Origin: a virus
Taxonomy: Duplodnaviria; Caudoviricetes
Strand: one strand, 5' to 3'
IMG/VR virus record: IMGVR_UViG_2907128583_000005
Coordinates: 1 to 64,000 of that record
DNA: 64,000 nt
Positions 18,696 to 27,313 of this stretch are shown here, one piece after another. The first letter of the stretch is position 1. Every line of letters starts with the position of its first letter. A program made the position numbers and the translations under genes. The notes under the pieces were generated by a model that saw nothing but the letters and a program-made list of their open reading frames with translations, was not told the origin of the DNA and searched no databases.

Positions 18696-20051
18696 CTACT
18701 CTTCAGCGGTGTCAGATTCATCCTTTTCTGTTTTGACTTTATTGTTTGGCGGATCATCTTCAGGAAGATTGCTTAACAGCTTGTCTTTCTCCCCTTGTAT
18801 TTCTTCCTGGGTTTTATTCAAATCAATAGCTGCGGTATTACCTGGTTGTAATAATACTTCGCCATGTTTATTAGGCAATGCTTTACGTGCCAGACCGTCA
18901 CGTACTTCATCTGGTGTCACAGTTCTTCGGTCAAGGTAAATCGCATCAATATCGGCTTTTAATTTCTGGTCCTTCAATGAAGTAGCATAATGGAACTTAA
19001 ACTCAATTACCCCACCCATCTTGAAGATCCCGTCAATAATGTGATTGTTGATATGCTCCACAATGTTTTCAGCAATAGACTGGATAGATTCATTCGTGTC
19101 ATCGTCTTCACTGTCTGCGGTGCTTCGGTTCACATCTTTTGTCTGCCCCAGTTTCTTAGGAGATATATCAAAAGCAATAGCGACAATCTCAATTAAGAAC
19201 CGTTGCCATTCAAGAAACAACGCCTTATCATCCGTAGCCCCCAAATCCAGTACACTTGGATTCTCGCCTCCTATGATAGGGTTAAGACCACGACCCAACA
19301 CTTCATTTTCCCAATATGCACGGAAAGCAGCTATTGCTTTGGCGTCAGAACCCCTTCCAAGGTTGATGAGTTTCCTGATAACAGTATTTGAAGCTTGTTT
19401 TCCAGCAGATCGGTGCGCTGATATAAAGCTTTCAACTGATTCCCAAACCGTTTCGAGCGGCGAAAGTCCGAATGGTGTGTTAGTTCTCGGATTCATCCGT
19501 ATATACATCAGGTCAGAAGACTTTAAATGAACATATTGCCCGCGAACCCGCTGTGCATAGCGATATGAAGTCTCTTTCCCATCCCAATCAGGATACAAAT
19601 CAACAGAGAAAGAATCTACAGGGTACATCCTAAACGGCCTGAGAGGGTCACCAGCTTTCAATACTTCCGATGAACCCGCACTACATACAAGCATATCCTC
19701 GACTATTTGCTCAATCCATGAACGGAATGAGTCACCAGGATTGGGCTTTAACAATGATCGTTCAATAATCTTGCATATCTCGCGATACTTCTCAGTGTCA
19801 TTTTCATCAATTGCCGCTACGGACCAGTTTAGCTTTGTGATCCCGTTCTTAATCACGTTAATCGCCCTACGCGGTATCGGTGATTCAGATAATGTCCGCA
19901 AGTTGGTCGGCGTTCGCTTTGGAGCCGGTTGATTGCTACCCTTGCTCATCATGATGCCAAACGGGAACGGATAACTTTCCGTCTGTCGTTCAGGTTCGTT
20001 CTTCGGCCTTCCCGCAGCTAACCAGTTAATTATCCACTGTCGTACACCCAA
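18696..20051 (-). CDS. Portal protein
   Basis: NPRTNTPFGLSPLE and IVAIAFDISPKKLG portal motifs. TTG start after GGGAGG. Confidence 0.9.
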   Translation of the reverse strand: MGVRQWIINWLAAGRPKNEPERQTESYPFPFGIMMSKGSNQPAPKRTPTNLRTLSESPIPRRAINVIKNGITKLNWSVAAIDENDTEKYREICKIIERSLLKPNPGDSFRSWIEQIVEDMLVCSAGSSEVLKAGDPLRPFRMYPVDSFSVDLYPDWDGKETSYRYAQRVRGQYVHLKSSDLMYIRMNPRTNTPFGLSPLETVWESVESFISAHRSAGKQASNTVIRKLINLGRGSDAKAIAAFRAYWENEVLGRGLNPIIGGENPSVLDLGATDDKALFLEWQRFLIEIVAIAFDISPKKLGQTKDVNRSTADSEDDDTNESIQSIAENIVEHINNHIIDGIFKMGGVIEFKFHYATSLKDQKLKADIDAIYLDRRTVTPDEVRDGLARKALPNKHGEVLLQPGNTAAIDLNKTQEEIQGEKDKLLSNLPEDDPPNNKVKTEKDESDTAEE

Positions 20052-20076
20052 ATCTTTACCTCCCTTCTGACGCAAT

Positions 20077-20109
20077 AAAAAAGGAGGTCAGGAAATTTTT
20101 CCTGCCTCC
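20077..20109 (-). terminator. Intrinsic terminator after the PLAT moron, just upstream of the portal gene
   Basis: GGAGG(T)CAGG...CCTGCCTCC stem with a U6 tail on the minus strand. Confidence 0.65.
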
Positions 20110-20164
20110 AGTATTCGTTCATATTTCTATGTCTAAATAATATCATTGTGTTATTACGGTGTTA

Positions 20165-20668
20165 CTACGGATTTGGAACAGCACTCCCATTCTCCACACT
20201 TTTCTTGCTGAATTTATTTAACTCGAAGCTATCTGGTGTGTGTTCAGTAATTTTTCCTTGTCTGTCCACCTCAATATAATTTATCATCTTAACAGAAGGA
20301 TCTCTTGACTGCACCCCAATCCATTTATACACATCAAACCTCCAAACTTTCTCTTGGCCTCCATCAGAAAATGAAATTTCTATATAATCCAAGTTCCATG
20401 CAGGACCGTCGTGATCACACTCATTTTCTTCAACATAAATAAAAATGCTCTCTATATCCCCCAAAAAATAATCCGATCTTAAATGAAACGTGAAAGGATT
20501 ATCTTTTTTCGCCTCCATATTATCAACACCTCTTACGCTCAAGAACCAATCTCCATTCCCTTCTCTTGCACCTTTTAATCTTAAAAACACATCCTCATTG
20601 GTACCTGCCCCATATTCAGGATGAGTCTTTACGGTCGCTTTGTAGATAAATGAATCTGGCATTAACAT
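20165..20668 (-). CDS. PLAT/LH2 domain protein (moron)
   Basis: YKATVKT...GAGTNEDVFLRLKG...LGDIESIFI...GPAWNLDYIEI...WRFDVYKWI matches the PLAT consensus pattern. Confidence 0.75.
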   Translation of the reverse strand: MLMPDSFIYKATVKTHPEYGAGTNEDVFLRLKGAREGNGDWFLSVRGVDNMEAKKDNPFTFHLRSDYFLGDIESIFIYVEENECDHDGPAWNLDYIEISFSDGGQEKVWRFDVYKWIGVQSRDPSVKMINYIEVDRQGKITEHTPDSFELNKFSKKSVENGSAVPNP

Positions 20669-20767
20669 CCCTCGCTTTGTGCAAATTTTTCTTAGTATTT
20701 AGTTTCTTTGAGTAAGATATACATCGAATGACATTCATAAGTCTTTATCCACTAATAAAAACCCCTT

Positions 20768-22180
20768 TTATCCAAAAGCAAGCCCAACTTCACTTTTCTG
20801 GTCATTGTATATAGCGTACCGTTTAGAATCTTGAGTGTGATTATTCTTGTCCTCTGCTTCTTCCGAATGCTGTCCATCACGATTTTCTTTCCACTTGTAA
20901 TTCTCGGTTTCCTTGATTTCGTTTTTACAATCTCTGTTCACGTACAAGTTAGGACGACCAGTCCCATCTTTAATTTTGTAAAGGGTAGATACCTCGCGGA
21001 TACCCGGTCCAATTGCATTATCCGCTTCCTTTATCGGTAGGTCATACTTTCTATACGTGCTGATATATTCCGGTTCAGATGGATCGGCCCAAATTTCATC
21101 AAAATGATATCTACTATGCATTTCCAAGTAACGTTTTACAAGGCAGTCTTCTATTTGTCCGCTATCATTCACCACCAGAACATTGACATGCTGCACATAG
21201 GATTCCTCCACGATGTAATAATCTTCTCCGACACATCCTATTGCCAACAGAACAGCAGGATCATTCCACCCATGATCCATGCCTCCTATAAAGCGATTAA
21301 ATGTTATATCCCTTACACTGCCGTCTGGATAAGTAACCTCGTACAATTGAATGCTCTGGTCTAAGCAGCGCATGTCCACAACATGAGTTGCCCGCTTGAA
21401 TTCGTCATACACTTGTCCGTGAAAGACGTTGAATTTTGCTCTAATCTCCCGATCTACATAACGTTCAGGATATGTTTCTATCATGCGCTGTATGTTCCTC
21501 TGAAGCTCTGGAATCGGATTATCGAGTGAAGTCCAGTAAAAATTCCGCCATTCTGGATCGTTCATGTATTGTTCTTCTTCAAGTCCAGCATCAACATATT
21601 GCCCTCTAAGTACAATATCCTCGGCAAACCAGTTGATCCCCTCCGGGGTGGTTGTCCAAACACTCCAACCACCTTTATCCGCCAAGGCATAGGATAGATA
21701 ACCTGACCATGTTTCTGCTTTCATTTTGCTTGCTTCATCTAGCCACACACCATCCAGACCTTTACCGACCAAGGATTTCGGATTGTCAGCTGACTTAAAT
21801 TGAATAAGGACCCATCCCTTTAACCATACACGGTTTTTGGATAGATCCCAGCTCTCAATCATTTCTTCCGGCAGTACATCCGATAGTTCTTCCTGTTGGA
21901 TTTCAGACATAGCGTAAGTAGGTGAAACGCACCAGTATTCTAATCGCGGCTTCGGTTTCTTCATCTTTCTGATATTCTTAGGAGGCTTGTAAGGTAAACC
22001 CTTGCCACGTTCCATATCCGCCAGGATGTTATCAAAAAATTTACGAGCACCTACATTTGTTTTACCACCACGACGACCACAATTTAGAACATTATTACGG
22101 ATCTCGCTCTCCATAACCTCAATCTGCTTTGCGTGCGGTGTCCAACCCTCAAAAGGATCAACTTCTAGCGTCAGGGACAT
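20768..22180 (-). CDS. terL: Terminase large subunit
   Basis: Walker A GRRGGKT, Walker B VWLDEA, TTTPEG coupling motif, nuclease motifs GMDHGWNDP and NHTQDSKRY. Confidence 0.93.
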   Translation of the reverse strand: MSLTLEVDPFEGWTPHAKQIEVMESEIRNNVLNCGRRGGKTNVGARKFFDNILADMERGKGLPYKPPKNIRKMKKPKPRLEYWCVSPTYAMSEIQQEELSDVLPEEMIESWDLSKNRVWLKGWVLIQFKSADNPKSLVGKGLDGVWLDEASKMKAETWSGYLSYALADKGGWSVWTTTPEGINWFAEDIVLRGQYVDAGLEEEQYMNDPEWRNFYWTSLDNPIPELQRNIQRMIETYPERYVDREIRAKFNVFHGQVYDEFKRATHVVDMRCLDQSIQLYEVTYPDGSVRDITFNRFIGGMDHGWNDPAVLLAIGCVGEDYYIVEESYVQHVNVLVVNDSGQIEDCLVKRYLEMHSRYHFDEIWADPSEPEYISTYRKYDLPIKEADNAIGPGIREVSTLYKIKDGTGRPNLYVNRDCKNEIKETENYKWKENRDGQHSEEAEDKNNHTQDSKRYAIYNDQKSEVGLAFG

Positions 22181-22889
22181 GGGACCACCTCTTCACGTTA
22201 ATTTCTGTTGGTCTATCCTTTTCGCCGTTCTTCAATTCTTCAATTTCCATTCGAGTCTTCTTAACTTGCGCCTGCATTTGATCAAGTTTTAGGCGGCGCT
22301 CATCATTTTCAGGTACAATCGCCAAGAACTGCTTTATCGCCCCTCTGATCTCGCGCATAACAACAGCTTCAGCCTTGATAAAGCTCGCGTATTTATCCCA
22401 AGCAAATTGGATTTCCCACTCTAGTTCGTCTCCAAACTCACCCGGCTTTTCCTTTTTCAACTCTTTCGTTATATCTTCTTTGTCTTTGATAAAGAAAATG
22501 CGCTGTGCCCATATCATTTTTTGGAACCCTTTAGTTATGTTGTGCCAGATCATATCTACAGGGTCCATCTGTTGCGCTATTTCTAGTATTTCCAGATATT
22601 CAGCATCCTGCGGCTCGAATTTACGAAATAGCCCATGTGTAACTGCCTTGTCATTTCCTAGAGGTCCACCAGCACCACCCTTATTCCCCTTAGCGTTTCT
22701 ATTTCCAGTTTGACCGCCGCGCTTACGCTTTTCAGGAACCTCATCCCATTTATCAAGTGACTTCCATTTTCTGATACTGGAATCACTGACTCCCAACTTA
22801 AGCGCGATATCTTTCAACTTGATTGAACGCCCACTGTCAAGCCATATTTTAAGCGCTTTCTTCCTGTTTGCACTTCTCTCTTTACCCAT
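22158..22889 (-). CDS. terS: Terminase small subunit
   Basis: N-terminal HTH (LKDIALKLGVSDSSIRKWKSLDKW) and GGQTGNRNAKGN...GNDKAVTHG motif; overlaps terL. Confidence 0.88.
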   Translation of the reverse strand: MGKERSANRKKALKIWLDSGRSIKLKDIALKLGVSDSSIRKWKSLDKWDEVPEKRKRGGQTGNRNAKGNKGGAGGPLGNDKAVTHGLFRKFEPQDAEYLEILEIAQQMDPVDMIWHNITKGFQKMIWAQRIFFIKDKEDITKELKKEKPGEFGDELEWEIQFAWDKYASFIKAEAVVMREIRGAIKQFLAIVPENDERRLKLDQMQAQVKKTRMEIEELKNGEKDRPTEINVKRWSHVPDARS

Positions 22890-23032
22890 ATAAATTTCAC
22901 CGCCGAAAAAATATTCGAGTTGGTTTGAACGCTGGCTGATGATTTACCCTTTACCGTTCCACTAACTTTTATTCACTCGCTCTCAGATAATCATAGAAAC
23001 TAGGCACTTATCCAACCAGTTAATGTAAAACT

Positions 23033-23147
23033 AATTCACTATAATATATATTCTCGGTAACTCGTAAAACACTGAGATTGCTTGATGCTATTTGTTTTGT
23101 TGTCCTTTCCCCGTTTTGAATTCACGGTTATCCGATTGTAGAGAATT
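23033..23147. other. Two dif/Xer-like candidate recombination sites
   Basis: On the minus strand, 23033..23062 reads AGTTACCGAGAA-TATATA-TTATAGTGAATT and 23119..23147 reads AATTCTCTACAA-TCGGAT-AACCGTGAATT. Both lie next to a tyrosine recombinase stop codon. Confidence 0.5.
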
Positions 23148-23148
23148 A

Positions 23149-23703
23149 CTACAACTCAAAATCCTTCAAAACATCGTCTAAAGTGTCCTGAAGGATACCT
23201 ACATAGCGTAATGTCACCTTCTGTTCAGTGTGATTGAACAGATCCATTAGTAACGCTATGTCCTTGGTTTCGTTGTAAAAATAGTATCCGAAAGTCTTTC
23301 TCATGGAATGGGTGCCGATTTCTCTTAACCCAAAATTCCGTGCTACACCATTTAACATTTTGTAAGCCATGCTGCTACTGATCGGCACAACCTCGGATCT
23401 TCTCTTTTTGTTCCTGCTCGGAAATAAATAATCGCTATCCAATTTCCCGGATATATATGCATCAAGCTCTTTGCGAAGGTTTTTTCGAATGGGGATGTTC
23501 TTTCTTTTCTTCGTTTTCTTTTCAGTAATTACAATATGGCTTCCTTTGACTGAGCTGACCTTCAAGGGTAAAATATCCGAAATCCTCAATCCTGTGTTGA
23601 TTCCAACCAAAAACAAAATGTAGTCCCGTTCATTTTTCTTTTTCAAATATTGCTTAATGGCCTCCAGCTTTTTAGAGTCGCGGATCGGCTGAACGAAGTT
23701 CAC
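23149..23703 (-). CDS. Minimal tyrosine recombinase (catalytic domain only)
   Basis: NTGLRISDIL, GTHSMRKTFGY, LFNH and TLRYVG give the R-H-R-H-Y catalytic residues in 184 aa. Confidence 0.9.
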   Translation of the reverse strand: MNFVQPIRDSKKLEAIKQYLKKKNERDYILFLVGINTGLRISDILPLKVSSVKGSHIVITEKKTKKRKNIPIRKNLRKELDAYISGKLDSDYLFPSRNKKRRSEVVPISSSMAYKMLNGVARNFGLREIGTHSMRKTFGYYFYNETKDIALLMDLFNHTEQKVTLRYVGILQDTLDDVLKDFEL

Positions 23704-23863
23704 TGCATTTCGCTCCTTTCATGTTTGTTTGAACAGAGGATGGAAACATACATAATTGTTTAGTACCAGTCCAATCGCCCCAAACACATCCATTACATAA
23801 AGCGGGTTGACGTGGTGACCTAGCCAGAACAGGCGGGGGTCTCCGTGAAGATTTAATTGGCAT
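23672..23863 (-). CDS. Small Cys-containing phage protein
   Basis: GGAGG RBS before MPIKSS; CNGCVWG motif. Confidence 0.45.
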   Translation of the reverse strand: MPIKSSRRPPPVLARSPRQPALCNGCVWGDWTGTKQLCMFPSSVQTNMKGAKCSELRSADPRL

Positions 23864-24188
23864 ATTACTTTCCTCCAATGCAAAAAGGCCGCTTCTCAGC
23901 GACCTCGAATTTACTTTATTTTATAGATACAATATATCATTGTTTTGGTTCATTATTACTACGGCTTATTAGTGTATTTCTTCTCTTTGGGCTGAGTAAA
24001 TGTTACCTGTGGAATATTTATCAAACACAACTTTCACCTTTTTTAGTACTCGTAATAACTAATAATTTTTTAATTGGCAATTATATTATGTATTTATTTC
24101 GTATTTCCAGATAAAAATAACTAAGAAAGTCATGTGTAGTTAGTCCAAAACAAAACACAATATTATTAATTGGAATGGAGGATAAATC

Positions 24189-24476
24189 ATGGAGCGAATT
24201 TACAATAATTTTAAAGAAAATGATCTCATTAATGAGAAGTTTAATACCCGTGTTGGGAAATTGCTTGATGAACAAAAGGATATAGAAATAATATCAATGA
24301 CTGAAATTAGAAATAAATTAAAAACCTCCCCAAGGCAACCTAGCGATTCTGATCCTAAGCCTCCACCTAAACCTGATCCTGAGCCGAAACCTGATCCTGA
24401 GCCGAAAGGACCTACTGTGGGTGGTGGGGGCGGTGGCGGTGGTGGTGTGCCTGGTGACGATACTGGAGATAGATAA
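24189..24476 (+). CDS. Pro/Gly-rich hypothetical protein (moron)
   Basis: GGAGG RBS; KPDPEP repeats and a Gly9 run. Confidence 0.65.
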   Translation: MERIYNNFKENDLINEKFNTRVGKLLDEQKDIEIISMTEIRNKLKTSPRQPSDSDPKPPPKPDPEPKPDPEPKGPTVGGGGGGGGGVPGDDTGDR

Positions 24477-24496
24477 CTTAATGAGGAGAGAGTGAT

Positions 24497-24856
24497 ATGA
24501 CGATTTTAATACGTCAATATGACGCAAGATTACGAACAACAACAATTGATTTCGACCCTGATAATCCAGAAAATTTTGTTACTGATGATTTTATTGACTT
24601 TCAGGTTCCGATTAAATCTTGTTGGACTGCTTTAAATTCTTTTAGCATAAATTTACCTTATTATAAGAATGATTCCGGAAAAATAGTTAATGTATCTAGT
24701 AGTAATCTAACCATTGGTCTTCTAGTTAGAGAAATAAGAGACAGTTCAGTGAGAGTTCATACGGTAATTTCGGTGAATTCACCAGAACTTTTAGAAAGAA
24801 AATTAAATATTTCTGGATTGGTTAGTTATCTTGCTTTCGCTGAAACTAAAGATTAA
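24497..24856 (+). CDS. Hypothetical protein (moron)
   Basis: GAGGAG RBS; co-oriented with 24189..24476 and followed by a terminator. Confidence 0.7.
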   Translation: MTILIRQYDARLRTTTIDFDPDNPENFVTDDFIDFQVPIKSCWTALNSFSINLPYYKNDSGKIVNVSSSNLTIGLLVREIRDSSVRVHTVISVNSPELLERKLNISGLVSYLAFAETKD

Positions 24857-24860
24857 ACAA

Positions 24861-24907
24861 AGAAAGTAAAAAGCAACAGATGTTTAATCTGCTGCTTTTT
24901 ACTTTCT
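24861..24907. terminator. Bidirectional intrinsic terminator
   Basis: AGAAAGTAAAAAGCA...TGCTTTTTACTTTCT inverted repeat. Confidence 0.8.
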
Positions 24908-25083
24908 AATACTCCTTGGCTTTATGTCATTTGTGTCTATACACTTTTTTAGACATTAATTTATAACATGCTGCAAACGCTTATCCTCATGCTAGGAATG
25001 GGCTTAAAATGGACATCCTTCTTGCTCCGGGTTTATATTCCCCTCTGAGTCCTGTCTCCGTTTTAGTTTTAGTTTTGGAAAAA

Positions 25084-25338
25084 TTACAGAAGTTGACCAG
25101 CTAGTGCTTTAAGGCCACTTGGTACTGCGATTTGTTTACCATCATGTTCATTTCCGTTTACATAAGCTGTGTCTTTGTCTACATAGTAGACTACACCTTC
25201 ACCGCCGATAATCGGGAAGCCGCTTTCGTCGTAATCCAGATTTGTGCCTACATACTTGCCATGCTTGGCTGCTTCACTTTCCAACGGATGAAGGTGTAAA
25301 ATCCCCGCATTGTCCAAGTAAGCGTAACTATGTGCCAT
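25084..25338 (-). CDS. Hypothetical protein
   Basis: 84 aa with an AGGAGG RBS. Confidence 0.7.
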   Translation of the reverse strand: MAHSYAYLDNAGILHLHPLESEAAKHGKYVGTNLDYDESGFPIIGGEGVVYYVDKDTAYVNGNEHDGKQIAVPSGLKALAGQLL

Positions 25339-25624
25339 GTTTATTGCCTCCTAGAGTGGATTTAATTTGTTCCTGAATAAAGTGTAAATCCTTTCTACTA
25401 TGTACCTACTACGGATTTACATAGTTCCTACTTTCGGCAGAAAATAAAGTATTAGACTGAGCCTAAAAATTGAAACAGCGACAACCAAGGACGAAAAAAA
25501 AGTCCTAGACTGTCGCTGTTCCATTGCTAACGTTCCTCGTTAGCTTAATTCCGAAATCCCTCCGGCAGACCGAGGGGCGATAGCCCCAATGTTTGAATAT
25601 GGTGTTATCTGATGGATACGCCAT

Positions 25625-26227
25625 CTAGGAAACACTAACATTTCTTTTACTTAATTTCTTAAATACCGAGTATTCCTTATTGGACTTAATAAAACTTAAT
25701 ATCTTTTCGGCACATTCTATTGGATTCATCTCTTCAGTATTTACTTCGAGGTCATATTCATCAATGCAATATACTTTGCTGAACTGTGAAGCTGCTAGTC
25801 CAGTATTTCTATCTCCTCTTGTTTGCTCTCTTCTTATGAGTTCTTCTTTCGAGCATATTACACCTATAAATAACGTAGGCTGATCGAAAAATTGATCAAG
25901 AAACTCATTAAACCTCTTGTCATTGTCGATTATGGTATCTGCTATTACATTAAAACCCAATTCTAATAACAATTTAATTGTCGAATTGTACACTGAGAAT
26001 ATGGAATCATCAAGTATTTGTGAGACAACTTGATGATCTATTTCTTTTGGAGGATCATCTGGAAATTTATTATTAATAAAATCATAGTAATTATTAAAAA
26101 AATCATCAATTGATAAATGATAAAAAAGGATCTCTTTCTGATTTATGAGTTCAGTCGATATGGAGGTCTTTCCAGAACTTGAAGTTCCATTTAGAAAAAC
26201 TAATATCCCTTGCTTCAATTTAATCAT
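25625..26227 (-). CDS. Chloramphenicol phosphotransferase-like P-loop kinase
   Basis: FLNGTSSSGKTS, GFNVIAD, RREQTRGDRNTGLAASQ and YDLEVNT are CPT-family motifs. Confidence 0.85.
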   Translation of the reverse strand: MIKLKQGILVFLNGTSSSGKTSISTELINQKEILFYHLSIDDFFNNYYDFINNKFPDDPPKEIDHQVVSQILDDSIFSVYNSTIKLLLELGFNVIADTIIDNDKRFNEFLDQFFDQPTLFIGVICSKEELIRREQTRGDRNTGLAASQFSKVYCIDEYDLEVNTEEMNPIECAEKILSFIKSNKEYSVFKKLSKRNVSVS

Positions 26228-26550
26228 CCCTTCAAAAAATAATTATTTCGTATCTTTCAGATAACGTTTTATTCACATTCATTAAATTATCCAACTCAGA
26301 AAATATTCGAGAAACGATTGAACTATCCTGTCAGTTAGTTCAATAAAAAGAACGCTCCCGCGCCTTCGCTTGGGCTAAGTCCTCCTCATTATATTCCATT
26401 TCCAATCACCTATTAAAGAACGTACGCGGGTAGCATGTAGTGCTTAAACAGGGGACTTATCTTAACCTAAGCACTAAGAAAATACTTTATTTTTCAGTCT
26501 AGACTTTAGACATCAACAATAAAGACCGCAAAGGCTTAAGCCCTTACGGT

Positions 26551-27189
26551 CTAATTTACTTCTGGCATCCTCAGTCCAATTTCTCCTTCTTGGTTTCGTC
26601 CCCGACCATAGTCGATGGTGACAAAATCCAATGTACGGTTTGTTTTTAGGCTGTTTGCTATGTTGACAATAACCCTACGCCGTTTATCTGCAAATGTAGT
26701 TGCTGAGATAGGTGGAATGTCCTTGCGATAACCCTTCTCCAGATATTGTTGAGCTTTGAGGTATTTCACACCATCCAAAAATAACAGCTTTGCTATCAAC
26801 GCCTCGTGCTTATCACGCATATTATTTATTGCAAACTTAATGTTATTCGTAAGGAATTGATAGAATTTATAATTCACATGTCGCTGGTCTTTGAGTAGCA
26901 CGGCATTTGCTGTCACATCTGCTGTCAGTTCTTGCCCCGAGACTCGCTTAGCAACCGATCCCTCTGCCGAAAGCAAATCATATGCAGCCATGCCGTTTTC
27001 CAACTGTTGAAGTGAGTATTCATAGTTTTTGATTACATCAATTAAGTCAGTATATTTGTTTAGCAGCCACTTTGTTTTTCTTATATCTACTGCATCTACA
27101 TCGTCAAAGAAGTTTACTTGAATTATCTTCCGTGTATCAGTAGCATCCTCTTCTTTATTACGTATAATTACAGGTTGTTCGTTTACCAT
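26551..27189 (-). CDS. ArpU/RinA-like late transcription activator
   Basis: Last gene of the early operon before the packaging module; C-terminal HTH-like region (ISATTFADKRRRVIVNIA). Confidence 0.55.
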   Translation of the reverse strand: MVNEQPVIIRNKEEDATDTRKIIQVNFFDDVDAVDIRKTKWLLNKYTDLIDVIKNYEYSLQQLENGMAAYDLLSAEGSVAKRVSGQELTADVTANAVLLKDQRHVNYKFYQFLTNNIKFAINNMRDKHEALIAKLLFLDGVKYLKAQQYLEKGYRKDIPPISATTFADKRRRVIVNIANSLKTNRTLDFVTIDYGRGRNQEGEIGLRMPEVN

Positions 27190-27313
27190 TAATGTTCACT
27201 CCTTGAATAGCTGAGTGTATCAGGCATAATATGTTCAATAAGCATGAATCTATCTACTTGCACAACACCCACATAAACCAGCACAGCGCATAATATAGAG
27301 GTATAGGCTCTTA

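Noticed and set aside
20756-20770. TAAAA-ACCCC-TTTTA at the terL stop, resembling the prophage 2 motif
   Set aside because: The spacer is 5 nt rather than 6 and it is a single instance, so it is probably chance.
24369-24450. 18-bp tandem repeat and GGT/GGC run as a CRISPR or contingency locus
   Set aside because: Only two in-frame units with no spacers; explained by the protein's low complexity.
25441-26493. 13-bp inverted repeat AAAATAAAGTATT flanking the CPT-like region as transposon ends
   Set aside because: Very AT-rich, with no transposase or target-site duplication visible.
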